Source of the DNA: Penicillus capitatus | Lineage: Eukaryota; Plantae; Chlorophyta | Length of the DNA: 64,000 nucleotides | Assembly (NCBI GenBank): GCA_965649825.1 | Contig: OZ287704.1 | Location: 542,301 to 606,300, forward strand | Direction of reading: 5' to 3' | Shown: positions 35,580 to 46,372 of the stretch, in pieces | Layout: each line of letters begins with the position of its first letter | Numbering within the stretch: the stretch's first letter is position 1 | Made by a program: the position numbers and the translations under genes | Notes under the pieces: generated by a model | Database searches by the model: none | Seen by the model: the letters and a program-made list of their open reading frames with translations, nothing else | What the model was told of the DNA's origin: nothing

Positions 35580-36220
35580 ATCAAGGCTGTCTGCTGCTGT
35601 AGGCTTCATCGATCGTAAGTTATCATCTTGATCACAAACTGTCGAATGTCGGATCGAATTTGCTGTCTGCTGCTGTCTGCTGCTGGAGGCTGCTGTAGGC
35701 TTCATCGCTGGTAAGTCGTCTTCATCATAGCTGTTGGATGTCGGATCGAATTTGTTGTCTGCTGCTGGAGGCTGCTGGAGGCTTCATCAATCGCAAGTTG
35801 TCGTCTTCATCACAATCTCTCGGAATTCAGATCAGGCAGTCGTCGTCATCTCATGTAATCGTCGCCATCATATCGGCTCTCGGATGTCGGGCAGGCAGGT
35901 AGTCGCCATCAAATCGGCAGTCGGCTTCATCACAGGATGTCGGATGCCAGATCAGGTAGTCGTCCTCATATCGGCTCTCGGATGTCGGGCAGGCAGGCAG
36001 TCGTCCTCATCTCGGGTAGTCGTCATCAAATCGGCAGTCGGCTTCATCGCAGGATCTCGGACGTCAGATCGAGCAGGCAGTCGGCTTCATCGCAGGATCT
36101 CGGACGTCAGATCGAGCAGGCAGTCGGCTTCATCGCAGGATCTCGGACGTCAGATCAGGTAGTCGTCCTCATATCGGCTCTCGGATGTCAGATCGGGCAG
36201 GTATTCGTCATCATCAAAAG
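35580..36220 (+). repeat. Short degenerate satellite (CTG-rich, then about 43-bp GTCGGCTTCATCGCAGG units)
   Basis: gtcggcttcatcgcaggatctcggacgtcagatcgagcaggca repeated about 3 times at 36039-36160; related to the minus strand of the 55967-58628 arrays. Confidence 0.75.
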
Positions 36221-36277
36221 TAGTCGCTGCCACAGACCTGGGTGACTCATGACGTCCGAAAGGGTCGATGGGTCCAA

Positions 36278-36996
36278 TGTCAACCCCGTCCCTAGAGCCC
36301 GGACCCATTAGGTGGATCTAAAACACAAAATAGTTAGGAAATGTGAGAAATTGATGAGAGAGGAACTTACTGCATCAAGAGAGTGATCCCCCAGGCTCCG
36401 GAAACAATCCCACGTGCCACTCGACACAGTCGCAACGGCTTTCCACCTTGGGGGCGTCTCTCGGCGAAACAAAAAAACGCACCGCGCAGAACGTAGAGAA
36501 CGCATCGGAGATCGGAGCCGGACATGCAGAAAGGTAGGGAGAGGAAGAACACACAAAAACAGAAAAAAAAACAAAAAAAAAAACGAAGAGAGAAACACGC
36601 GGGCGAAAAAAAAACTGCAAAAGAAGAGAAAAAGGGACAGGTCCATGTCCCAGACACATCAGAGCACAAGGAAAAACGCGAAGACATGTCATGAAGGCAC
36701 CATCGCATCGAAAAAAAGATGCGATGGTGGCATAAAAAACAGTCAGAAAAGGGGAAAGTGAAAAAAAGGTGAAAATAGCGCGCCCGCGAAACCACCGTGG
36801 AAAAAGATGACCCTGCCCACGGCCAGAATAGAAAAAAAAGTAAAAGACGGCCAGTAGAAAAAACGAACGATCGCGCGCGGACCTGAATTCAAAAAGGCCG
36901 CAGGCAGGGCTCGCCTCGCTACGCTTGCCCGCGGAGTACCGACCAACAGCTCCCGGTACCTGGACAACGCAGGCGCCCCTCGGCACTGGTTTCACA
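36278..36996 (-). mobile_element. Probable 3' LTR (about 719 bp) of a truncated LTR retroelement
   Basis: On the minus strand TGTGAAAC...GGGGTTGACA, preceded by the purine tract AAGGGCGTCAGGGGGG; A-rich interior; no TSD and no partner LTR in the window. Confidence 0.55.
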
Positions 36997-37699
36997 CCCC
37001 CCTGACGCCCTTAAAGTGTCCCGGGCGCCAGCTCCCCACTGGGGGAAGCTGGTCCTGCAAGCAGACGGCAGTTAGATGCACGAAAGAATGCATCGAAAGA
37101 CTTACTTGGCGGGACAGGGTTGAGTGGACCCATTCCCTGCGATGGAAGAGTCGATCTGGATGCAGAGAGTTCGACGACGGCTCCATCCCTGTCACCGTTG
37201 CATTCGCCTGTCTAGGAAGCGACAGATCGCGGTCTCCATCATCGTCGCTTGGCAGAGGAAACATCGGATCTTCCTCGTCGTCGTCTCCATCATCACCTGC
37301 CACTGGCGCTGCGTCGCTGTTGACGACGGCGTGTCGATCGGCGCCGGCGTCGCTTCTCATCAGACCCTCGGCAGCTTCCGGTCCGTCAGTATACATCCCT
37401 GTCGCCGCAGACCGGTCTCGTGACGTCCGCGGCTCGCCAGCACTGAAGGAAGTCCCGGTGTGTCGACTCGGAGTACTGCCCGGCGTTTCCGGTCCTGTTT
37501 TCGGCAGAATGCCAAAACGCTCACTCCATCTCCGACGCGACTCGCTCAGAAAAGCACGAGGAGCGAGTTCTTGGGATTCTTCGTCCACACGACGCACGAG
37601 AACTCGGCCATCCATCGAGCTGACGACCAGGAAGACGCAGCACGTCCGCCACATACGCTGCCCATTCGAACCCTGGCTGTTGCTGAGCGACAAACGCAC
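36992..37699 (-). CDS. Acidic low-complexity ORF ending in the first bases of the LTR-like sequence; contains a 51-nt in-frame intron-like segment
   Basis: 235-aa ORF (GDDGDDDEEDPMFPLPSDDDGD); GTAAGT...CTAAC...TTGCAG segment; TGA overlaps the LTR start. Confidence 0.4.
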   Translation of the reverse strand: MRLSLSNSQGSNGQRMWRTCCVFLVVSSMDGRVLVRRVDEESQELAPRAFLSESRRRWSERFGILPKTGPETPGSTPSRHTGTSFSAGEPRTSRDRSAATGMYTDGPEAAEGLMRSDAGADRHAVVNSDAAPVAGDDGDDDEEDPMFPLPSDDDGDRDLSLPRQANATVTGMEPSSNSLHPDRLFHRREWVHSTLSRQVSLSMHSFVHLTAVCLQDQLPPVGSWRPGHFKGVRGV

Positions 37700-38039
37700 T
37701 CGTCCAGATCCTACTCAGCACACAACACCTTCTCCACGCTACCACCCATAACAGAGACCGCACCGAATATCCAATTCTGAGACGGGCGCCATTCAATCTG
37801 ATTTCCGGTCGAAAGCTCCACGTCTCTTAGCCCTTGTAACAGCGCGTCTTACAGAATCCCGCCTGCGTCAGATGCTCCCGTAGCCCTGTCGAACAAAGAA
37901 TGTGTTGGAAGACATCGAACGACGCGGCCTCCTACTGACCTGTTGTGCTACACCCGTCGGCCTCGATGAAGTTCGGTGTCTCGGCGTCCGTCATAAAGCG
38001 CCACCTACGCAACGCGAATCGTCGTTTCTCGATGGTGGC

Positions 38040-38580
38040 TTCTGGCCCAAGAGCTTCGTTCGAGAAACGCAACCCGTTTTAGGTTTTGGTCGCGAACGAA
38101 CATACCTTGGCGCTCTGCCATTTGGTTGCCTATACCCCGTTTCCCGGCGACGAGATAATTTTCGTCCGGGGAATCGCCGTAAACGTTCGTCTGAACCGGC
38201 TGCAAGCAAAACGGACGACAATCATCTCGTCCACAGCAACATCGAAAAACGGGGATCCGACGGCGACCCTCTGCATCTACCATGGCGCTCCGCCAACCGT
38301 CAGAACGCCCTCAGGCGCCGTACCACGATGCGTTGCCCACTCCACTGTCCTTTTCTGAAATGTCCCTGTCCATCGCGTCGCAGACAGTTTGGTACCTGCA
38401 TGGCCCACACCGGATTCTCCCAGACGCATCATCCTTCGCTGTACCTGTCGATGCAGACGTCAACCGTCCCATGCCACGCGTCTCCGATCCCCGGCAGTCC
38501 AGAGAACAGCCGCATCGGATTCCACTGTCGAGTCCACGACGCCCGCGACCCGCTTTTTGGACAGCGCCGAGTCGATGCCC
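38040..38580 (+). repeat. Composite repeat, block B, left copy (inverted copy at 55490-55952)
   Basis: DPLHLPWRSANRQNALRRRTT...LKCPCPSRR...SMQTSTVPC vs NPLHLPWRSVNRQTPFRRHTT...LKCPCPSRR...SMQTSTVPC on the opposite strand; frames are not conserved. Confidence 0.85.
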
Positions 38581-38734
38581 GTCAGCCGCGGAGGGCGAAC
38601 TTTAGTCGAATGGCGACATGCAAGACCTGACGGACGGAGAGCGTTGTACGACAGACTTCCATCTCGCAGCAGATCGCGCTCGTCTCCGTCGCGAGGACTT
38701 CCGGCTCGGTCCACCCACTAGCGATATCCTCTCG

Positions 38735-40534
38735 ATGCGCATCTCGACGTCGCAGAAGCCGACTGCGTTCTTCCCCCGACCCGACAAGGCAAACGCTCGC
38801 CTTGTCTGTCGTTCTTCTTCGATCCCTCTCCTCGCTGCTCAGACTCGCCGTCCTTCGTCTGTCACAACTCTCTGTCAAGCTCGGGCCTCGAACGATCTCA
38901 AAGTGCCCCATCGAACAGATCAGGCCGTTTGCAGTCCGCTTGTGCAGGTCACTCATCGAGAGCTGCCGAACAGTCGGATAGAACTGACGCTCACGATCTC
39001 CCCCGAAGCGACCCAGAAGAACTACAATGCCTTCGTTCGCAAAGTCGAATCCGAAACGCATCTTCCAGGGTTTCGCAGGGGACAGAAAGTTCCTCTGCCT
39101 CTGCTGATGCGGTCGAGGGGCGGAGAAGAGGCCTTCAAGGGCGAAGCGCTGCAACAGCTTGTCGAGACGGCCGCCGAGAACGCGCTGCGCGATTGGCAGG
39201 GAAGAGCGATCGAAGACAGCGATCGACTCGAGACCAGCCCAAGGGAACTTGCCGAGAGTTTCTCCCCAGACGAGGCGCTGCAGTTTCGCATCTCTTTCGA
39301 CGTCATGTCCGAAGTGAAATGGGCCTCCCCCTATCGCGATCTCAAAGTCATCTCGAGATCTCGCTTTCCTGCAAGAAGGGTACTGTAGTTGGAGATACTG
39401 GAGAAGGGAGATGAGGAGTCGGATGCCAGGAACGCAGAGTCTTACATCCGAACCATGCGCAAACAGAAGGGCTCTCAGCGCGTGGTCGTCGAACGAGGAT
39501 TGGAACAAGGCGACGTCGCGATCCTCGATTTTCAGTTTCTGCGGCCGGACAATCGAGAAGACCTGCCCCATCTGAAGCAGGAGAAGTTCAGATTCGACAC
39601 AGACCTTCCTGATGCACTCGGTACCCCGCGGATCTGCGAAGTGTCCCTTCATCCGGGCTGTGCAGGTGTGACGGACAGAGTCACGGGCATCCGAGTTGGA
39701 GACGTTCGCGAGTTCGACATCACTTTTCCGCGGGACTGGGAGCCGCCAGTCTACCGGTTTGTCCACCCGGCCCAGCAGTGGCCGTCCTCGATCCATGCAT
39801 CCTGCAGGGGCGTTGAAGCCATTGCTGTTGTGACGTGTCGCGAGTTACTCGCTTGGGATCTGCCCGAGCTGACGGACGGCCTTGTCAAGGCCCTCGACCG
39901 GCCGACGCTGCAGACGGTCGACGATCTGCGCTCCTCTCTGATCCTGGCGGAGAGGAGTCGAAGGGCAGAGAGACTGCAGGACGCCATTCAGGATGCTCTG
40001 TTGCACGAACTGGCTGCCATCGTCGACATGGAGATCCCGGAAGCAGCCTTGATGGAGACGGCGAAGGTTAGGTACCAGACAATGCTCCTCGAAATGCAAT
40101 CCAAAGTGCGATCCGAGTACAGCAGCAATCGTTCCGGCCCGAGACATGGTTGAAGGGTAAATTGGGTCCTTCCGCCCTGGAGAGTCTCGCGACGGAGCAG
40201 ATGCTCAATAACTACATGATGTCGCATCGGACCGAGATCGAGAGAGACCAAAAGGGGATCGCTGCCATGCAGGCCGTCTTTGCGGAACAAGAGATGTCCG
40301 TCAGCGACGACGAGATAGAGACAGAGGTTGCGAAGGCCGAGAGCGAGTTTCAGGTATGGCACGACGGCGGCACAGCCGTCCGCAAGGGGTATCTTGCAGG
40401 ACATGGGCGAGTCGTACGACAAAGATCGATTAAAGGAAATGGCACGGGAAGTTCTGCAGAACGCGAAGGTGGTGCAGTGGTTCGTGAAGAATGGCAACAT
40501 CAAGATCCTGCCGTACCAAACAGAAAGGACATAG
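38735..40534 (+). CDS. tig: Plastid trigger factor (ribosome-associated chaperone), multi-exon
   Basis: Ser/Arg-rich transit-like N-terminus; ESETHLPGFRRGQKVP (GFRxGK-like signature); FKBP-like GDVAILDF...GIRVGDVREFDITFP; C-domain MEIPEAALME...ILPYQTERT*. Confidence 0.92.
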
Positions 40535-40809
40535 ACCTAGTCACGTGTAGAGGACATCGTTGTCTTCCGTCGAGGCGGACCACACGCTTTTTGCAATTTT
40601 GAGTGCGATCGGTTTGTACGGGGCGTCGATCGACAGCAGATCGCGAAGGCCTCGAAGGAAAACGGCGTCCGACGATGTCTCCACTGAACGACTGCCAGAA
40701 ATGTCAGGTCGGTAGCCTGAAAAGAACAGGAGCGGCGTGTGCAGACGGACAACGGATGTACCTGGTGTCAGCAGGCAGGTGGTGTGGATCTGCAAAACGT
40801 CGGCGAAAT

Positions 40810-40937
40810 GCAGCCATATGACGGCGTCTGAGTTGGAGGCGATTGTTCCCTATGCGTCTCTCGTCTTGGAGTTCACCGTCGCTCTCCTAATTTTTTGCCT
40901 ATCCACCTCGACCTGCGTCAGCGCCTCGTATAAAGAA
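40810..40937 (+). pseudogene. Isolated inverted duplicate of STE24 exon 1
   Basis: gcagccatatgacggcgtctgag...gattgttccctatgcgtctctcgtcttggagttcaccgtcgct...ctcgacctgcgtcag matches the reverse complement of about 24190-24305; frameshifted after EFTVA. Confidence 0.85.
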
Positions 40938-41411
40938 GTGTCTGCAGATTTCTCACTCTAGCGCGAGTGGCAATCGCCAAGCGACTCGACACGCCATCTT
41001 GCCAGGGTCGAACGCGTCCATCCTTTCGCAAGAGACCACCCTTCAGAAATCACTTTCCTGTTCCATCTATATCGCAAACAGAGGCATCCACTATCAATTC
41101 TCAATAGCAGGACACCGAATCCGACAGACCACTCGACGTGATGTTTGATTGGAAAGCGACGCGCAGAGCAGCAGATCGCGACCATATATCCACGGCATCC
41201 ATCTTCAAAGCGTCTGTCTATCTATCCCAGATGCATCGTCGTTAATGGGCCGATGTGACGATTCGTTCTCGATGACACGTCGCGGAAGTCGTTGCTTCCT
41301 AAGGCCAGAACACAGCTTCCGTTCTACAGAGGGAGATTCTTCATCGAAGGCGTTTTCCAAAGCAGAGCGACGTCGCGTCGGCGTGCAAGGTCGACTGTGA
41401 GATTCCAGCCT

Positions 41412-42020
41412 ATGGATCGGCGATGCTCTTCGAAAGACTGCTCTGGGTGCGGTCGTCGGAGACCCAAGACGCATTTTGCCCGCAACACCCGTGATGCCTC
41501 CGGTCTGCAGCCCTGGTGCAGAAGCTGCCATCGAAGGTACCTGTCTAAGAAGCCCAAGGTCTTGGCGCCAACTGTCCACGACAAGCGTTGCTCGACCTGC
41601 CAGAAGATAAAATCCGTTCGGTACTTCAACAAGGACATCAGTAAGCCGTCAGGGGTCCGGTCCCAGTGCAATGCCTGTCGAAGCGAGCAACGCCATGCGC
41701 AGCGTCACGCCGATCGGCGTCGTCTCCATCGCTCTGAAGAATCGCGCGGTGCGCAAAAACCGAACCAAAAGAAGCGAAAGAGACAGGCGAATGCGCCAGA
41801 CGACAGTGCAAGGGGCAAGGAGACGTCGGTCGTGCCTCCGACGGAGTCTACGGTCGCCTCCAGACAACGAGATCTTCGTGCGGAAGTCCAGAGATCTGAC
41901 GTCGCCAAGACGCCGGCCACGACGCGACATTGTTTCTGTTCTCTGTCGCCGTCTGAGATGCGACTGGCAGCTCTGTTAACAGTGGCCGATTACGAGTCAA
42001 CGAAGTCTGTCTGCCTTTAA
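41412..42020 (+). CDS. Basic protein with two tandem C4 zinc ribbons (CxxC-x3-K/P-x4-F-x8-G-x4-CxxC)
   Basis: CSGCGRRRPKTHFARNTRDASGLQPWCRSC and CSTCQKIKSVRYFNKDISKPSGVRSQCNAC, then NLS-like KKRKRQ; the 3' end may be spliced. Confidence 0.7.
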   Translation: MDRRCSSKDCSGCGRRRPKTHFARNTRDASGLQPWCRSCHRRYLSKKPKVLAPTVHDKRCSTCQKIKSVRYFNKDISKPSGVRSQCNACRSEQRHAQRHADRRRLHRSEESRGAQKPNQKKRKRQANAPDDSARGKETSVVPPTESTVASRQRDLRAEVQRSDVAKTPATTRHCFCSLSPSEMRLAALLTVADYESTKSVCL

Positions 42021-42532
42021 CCGACCCTTTTCTTTTTGACGTGACGTTTGCGTCTTGCCGGCAGTGGCTAGCTAACTCGCACCGTGACACCGCGTTCGTT
42101 TGACAAGCAGACCAACACGGACCGAAGTCAAATCGGCAGTGAAGGTGTTGCCTTGCATTCTGATTGACGCATTCCGAGTTTCTTTGCTGACACGAATAGT
42201 CGAAGCTCTCTCTGCAGTTTGTGCAATACTTGACTAGAGATGATCCCCTGGAAGATCCACGAGAGTCCTTCAACAGAGGTCGGGCGATGTCGACATCCAT
42301 GTCGGCACACGCAGTCCTGCTCATCGGCGTCATCGATCGAATCTTATTCGCAAGAGCTTCAAAGTGCGCGGCAGATAAGCGTCCATAACTTGACTTCTTT
42401 GGGAACCATTACTTCTTGCGACAGACCGATGGATGCGTCCTCTAATAGGGCCGATGCATTTGTCGGAGGCGATGGATGAACGATTCGAGAACTCTGGCCA
42501 ACGATTACATGTCGCGATCGCATGGTGCCCTC

Positions 42533-43413
42533 TCACTGACTCTCTTGTGTCTCCCTGCAGAACCCGGTTTTATCGTTTACGAAAACCAACAAGTGTACCC
42601 CTTTGGGAGCCGCGACCGAAGCTCTTCTATTGCCCTTCTCTTTGCTTCACACACTTGCAAGATCTCAAAGTTCTTCCGGATCAGATGGTGCCACTCCCTG
42701 TCCAGCTTGGCCAACTTCTTTTCCACTTCCATCTGAAAAAACGTCGTTCGTCCTTTGGGGATGATCAATCGGCTTTCATCTGACCTGCGAAAGCTTCCTC
42801 TTCTTGTTGACCTCGGCAATCTGCTCCTTCGAACTCGAGAGAGCGTTCCTGTACTCGTCATCGACTCTCTGTGACTGCTCGTTCGCTTTCTTCCAGACAG
42901 CTGGCGCGAACTTCAGTTCCAGTTCCAGGTTCAGCGTCCTGTATTTGGCCAGCCCCTTTCTGCGTAACGTTGGAATTTGACGCTGGGCATCACCTCAGTC
43001 TCTGATTCTCCAGCTGAGCTTGGGCGTTGCGCAATGTCCATCCCCATACATCCGGATCATTCTGCCAGTCGAGAGGCGGCTCCGGCAGCGCGTACCTGTC
43101 AGCAGATGCCTGTCATGTAAACGGGGTCTGCATTTGGCCGACCTCTGAGTGTCTAGGCTTTCCATCGCTTTTCCGTTCTTGACTCTCTTGTACTCGGTCT
43201 GGAGCGCTTCGGACCCGCCGAAGGAAGGCTGGCCGATCGGCGACATGCCATTCAGGTAGTCTTTCGGTTTCTTTTCGCTCTTCTCCTTCTGAAGGGTTCC
43301 TTTTTAGCGGCGATTCGAATCATCCAGCAGACGCGCACCTCTTCGGCTATGAGCCGGTCGACCTGCTCCTGCTCCTCTCGTGTTATGGTGTCGATGTAGG
43401 GCAGGGCGTCCAT
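42533..43413 (-). CDS. SPF27: Pre-mRNA splicing factor SPF27/BCAS2 (MOS4), multi-exon
   Basis: Hand-spliced: MDALPYIDTITREEQEQVDRLIAEE..KPKDYL..EYKRVKNGKAMESLD..RY..W..LRNAQAQLENQ..LNLELELKFAPAVWK..NKKRKLSQ..LDREWHHLIRKNFEI; an extra upstream exon cannot be excluded. Confidence 0.9.
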
Positions 43414-44798
43414 CGCACGGCTTTACAAAAGACACGCGTGTCCAATCGCTCGCGGAGTTATGATGCAACAAATCAAGAATGATTCGTTCGTCACACGTGC
43501 GCGATAGCAACAGGTCCAGGTGTTGAATATATCGAGATGCCGTCACATACGTCAACCGGAGACGGGCGTTGCAGGTTCTGCTATCCTCGAACAGACGAGC
43601 TTCGACTAATCTGGTTCCAGCACGAAGAGATTTCGCACATTGGTACAGGAGTTGTGTCTCACGGAGAGGGATGTTCGTGTCGAAGTCTCTCTCGTCTGCC
43701 TCAGCTGCGGTGGATGCATCTCACAGTGATAGAGGCTTCGCAATCGCCACAAAAGCGGTAGTCTGGATTGGATTACGATTACTGAGGATTCGTTCATCCT
43801 ATTGCAAAGACTCCGAATCGCACTTCGTCGTTGATCGCACTTCTTCGAGACAAAAGGGGAATGTCTATCGACTCGAGAACAAAAGATGGGTAGTCTCTAA
43901 AAGGATTGGCACTTCCGAGAAAAAGCTGTACACAGGCGGATTCTTGGATCTGTGTACGAATGTGTGCCCTATGCATTGGGAGCGTGCACCCGAACATCGT
44001 TTCACAGTCAAGTGTATCACTGTTCACCTCGAAGCGACTGACGGTCTGGTGCATCCAGGAAGCACACCTGTTCTATGCAGACAGCACATTTGCCCTTCAG
44101 CGCTATTCGACTAGTAAACGAAATCAACTGATTTGGTTACAAATTATGTACGGAGTTGATCAACATGCGGATCCGGTGTCATTCCTTTATCTGCAAGTAC
44201 CTTTTTGTGATCAAAGGTATTTCCTGCGTACTGGCATAAGATGTTGTCCCCATCTCGAATCCTCTGATCTCGGATAGGAAGGAGTCTGCGCCAATATCTT
44301 CATACCTCATGTCCATCTAGTCCAAGTGCCACCACAGGGTTGTGCAGCATATTAGTCTCGCCAGCGAGAATCAGCTAATTCTCACCAAAGGCCTGTCTTC
44401 GAGCGACTGTGGTGTTTGAGCGATCCATTATTCCCATCACTAACACGACAGCCGCTAAGGGATTGGCAGAGAGAGTGGCGACATTGCCGCCTACCTTCCA
44501 ACCCTCCAGAACGGCATTATGTTGGTTAGAACAAAGTGTAGGAGGCATTCAGTCGTGGATCCGGTCGATGAGGAGGCCCCTCGGATTCAAGGATCCGTTC
44601 GACGAGTTCGAGTCTCGCGGATCTTCGCGGCGGGACTGTCATGACACCGTCCTTACGGTTGACGGTACCGCAGACGGATGATACCTTTTCAATCGCTGCG
44701 GCGTTCGGACCATTGTCGATTTTCGGTTTCCGAATTGACAGCCTTTGCCAAATCTTCGGCGAACTTTTCTTCAACTGCGAACGCACTCTCGAAGCATC

Positions 44799-46372
44799 AT
44801 GACGAACAAGCGCACGCGCGGTGGTCCTCGAAAGGAGTCACCGACTGAACAACGCAAAAGGGCCAGAGAAGCGACGATGTTCGAACACGTGAGCCGCGTC
44901 TGTAGACTCGGAGTCCCTCCTCAGAACGCTGGGTGTCGGAACGCAGGTCGTCGGAGCTCTGCTCTACCTCTGGGGAAGCAACGCCTTCGGTCAGCTGGGT
45001 TTTGGAGATACGATCATGGAACGCGTCCGTCCAGCCCTCTCCGCCTTCGAGAAGAAGGTGCGCCCGGTTCCGCCTTTACGTTCGTCGGACCTCTAACCGT
45101 CTTCCTTCTCGCGATCCAGGTGATGGACGTGGCAACTGGCGGCATGCACACCGTCGTGCTTCTGGAAGACGGGACTCTCTGGAGCGCCGGTGTGAACGAC
45201 GACGGGGCCCTTGGACGCGAAACGGCAGTCGACGAGAACGGGGATCCCGTGCCCGACAAAGACGCCACGCACTTCGGCCAGATCGCCATGCCCAGAAGCG
45301 CTGCCCCGGTGGTGCAGTTGGCGTGCAGCGACAGTGCATCCTTTGCCTTGACCCTCGACGGCAGCGTCTACGGCTGGGGCGCTTTCCGCAACGAACACGG
45401 TGTGTTTGGATTCTCGGAGTGGGTGAAGTGCCAGGCGACGCCCGTCAGAGTCTACGTCCCCGGCGGACGCAAGGCGCCGGTGACCAAGATCGCAGCCGGG
45501 GCCAACCACGTCGTCGGCATCCTCAAGGTACGTTTCGGCGATCGACCGTGTCGTTGTGTAACGGTTATGTTCGGCACACAGGACGGAGGGGCCATCTCAT
45601 GGGGCAATGGCGACCAGGGACAGCTAGGACGCGTCTCTCTGCGCCACTCGCGCCGTCCGAACATCATCCGCCGCACGATGCTCACTCCCACGAAGATCGC
45701 CGGATGTCGATCGATGGAGTTCTCGGACGTCTTCTGCAGGGAGTACTCGACGTTCCTCAGGGCGACGAACGGACACTTCTTCGCTTTCGGACTCAACAAC
45801 TGCTGCCAGCTGGCGATCCCCCACCCCAGAAAGCTCAACAACGAGGACACCCAGACGCCAGAGTCGAGAGCGAGCAACCTGGTGACCCTGCTGAAGCCGA
45901 CCTGGGTGGAGGCCTTCCGGACTCTGAACATCCTCAAGGTGGCTCCAGGAAAGGACCACGGACTCGCCGTCAGCGAAGCTGGATGTGTCTACTCGTGGGG
46001 CGTGCCGACATACGGAGTACTGGGACGCGCCAACATGGTGGAACTGGTCGGCGACACGACGCCATTCCCAGTTCCAGAGATGGTGAGCGGACTGGAGGAG
46101 AAGACGATCGTAGACGTCGCATCGGGACAGGTGCGTGTTCCATCTTTGTGACACTCGACGTTTACGTTTGTCGTGCTTAGGTGATCTCCGGCTGCATCGA
46201 CAGCGCCGGAGATTTATACACTTGGGGAGCGGCCATCAACGATATGTTGGGCCACCAAGTGAACGATGATCTTCCCCTGCCTCGGAAGGTACCGAGGACG
46301 AAGCACACCGAGGGGAAGACATTTAGGGCACTTAGATTTGGCGGGCAGCATTGCGCCATGATGGCGGATTAG
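44799..46372 (+). CDS. RCC1-family beta-propeller protein (Ran-GEF-like), paralog 1
   Basis: Basic N-terminal NLS-like tail; VATGGMHTVVL, GVNDDGALGR, GNGDQGQLGR, GLNNCCQL, KVAPGKDHGLA, GGQHCAM repeats; short introns. Confidence 0.9.

Noticed and set aside
36240-36300. Hammerhead-ribozyme-like look (…TGACGTCCGAAAGGG…)
   Set aside because: No CUGANGA core with matching stems on either strand.
38582-39796. 404-aa minus-strand ORF
   Set aside because: Antisense shadow of trigger factor.
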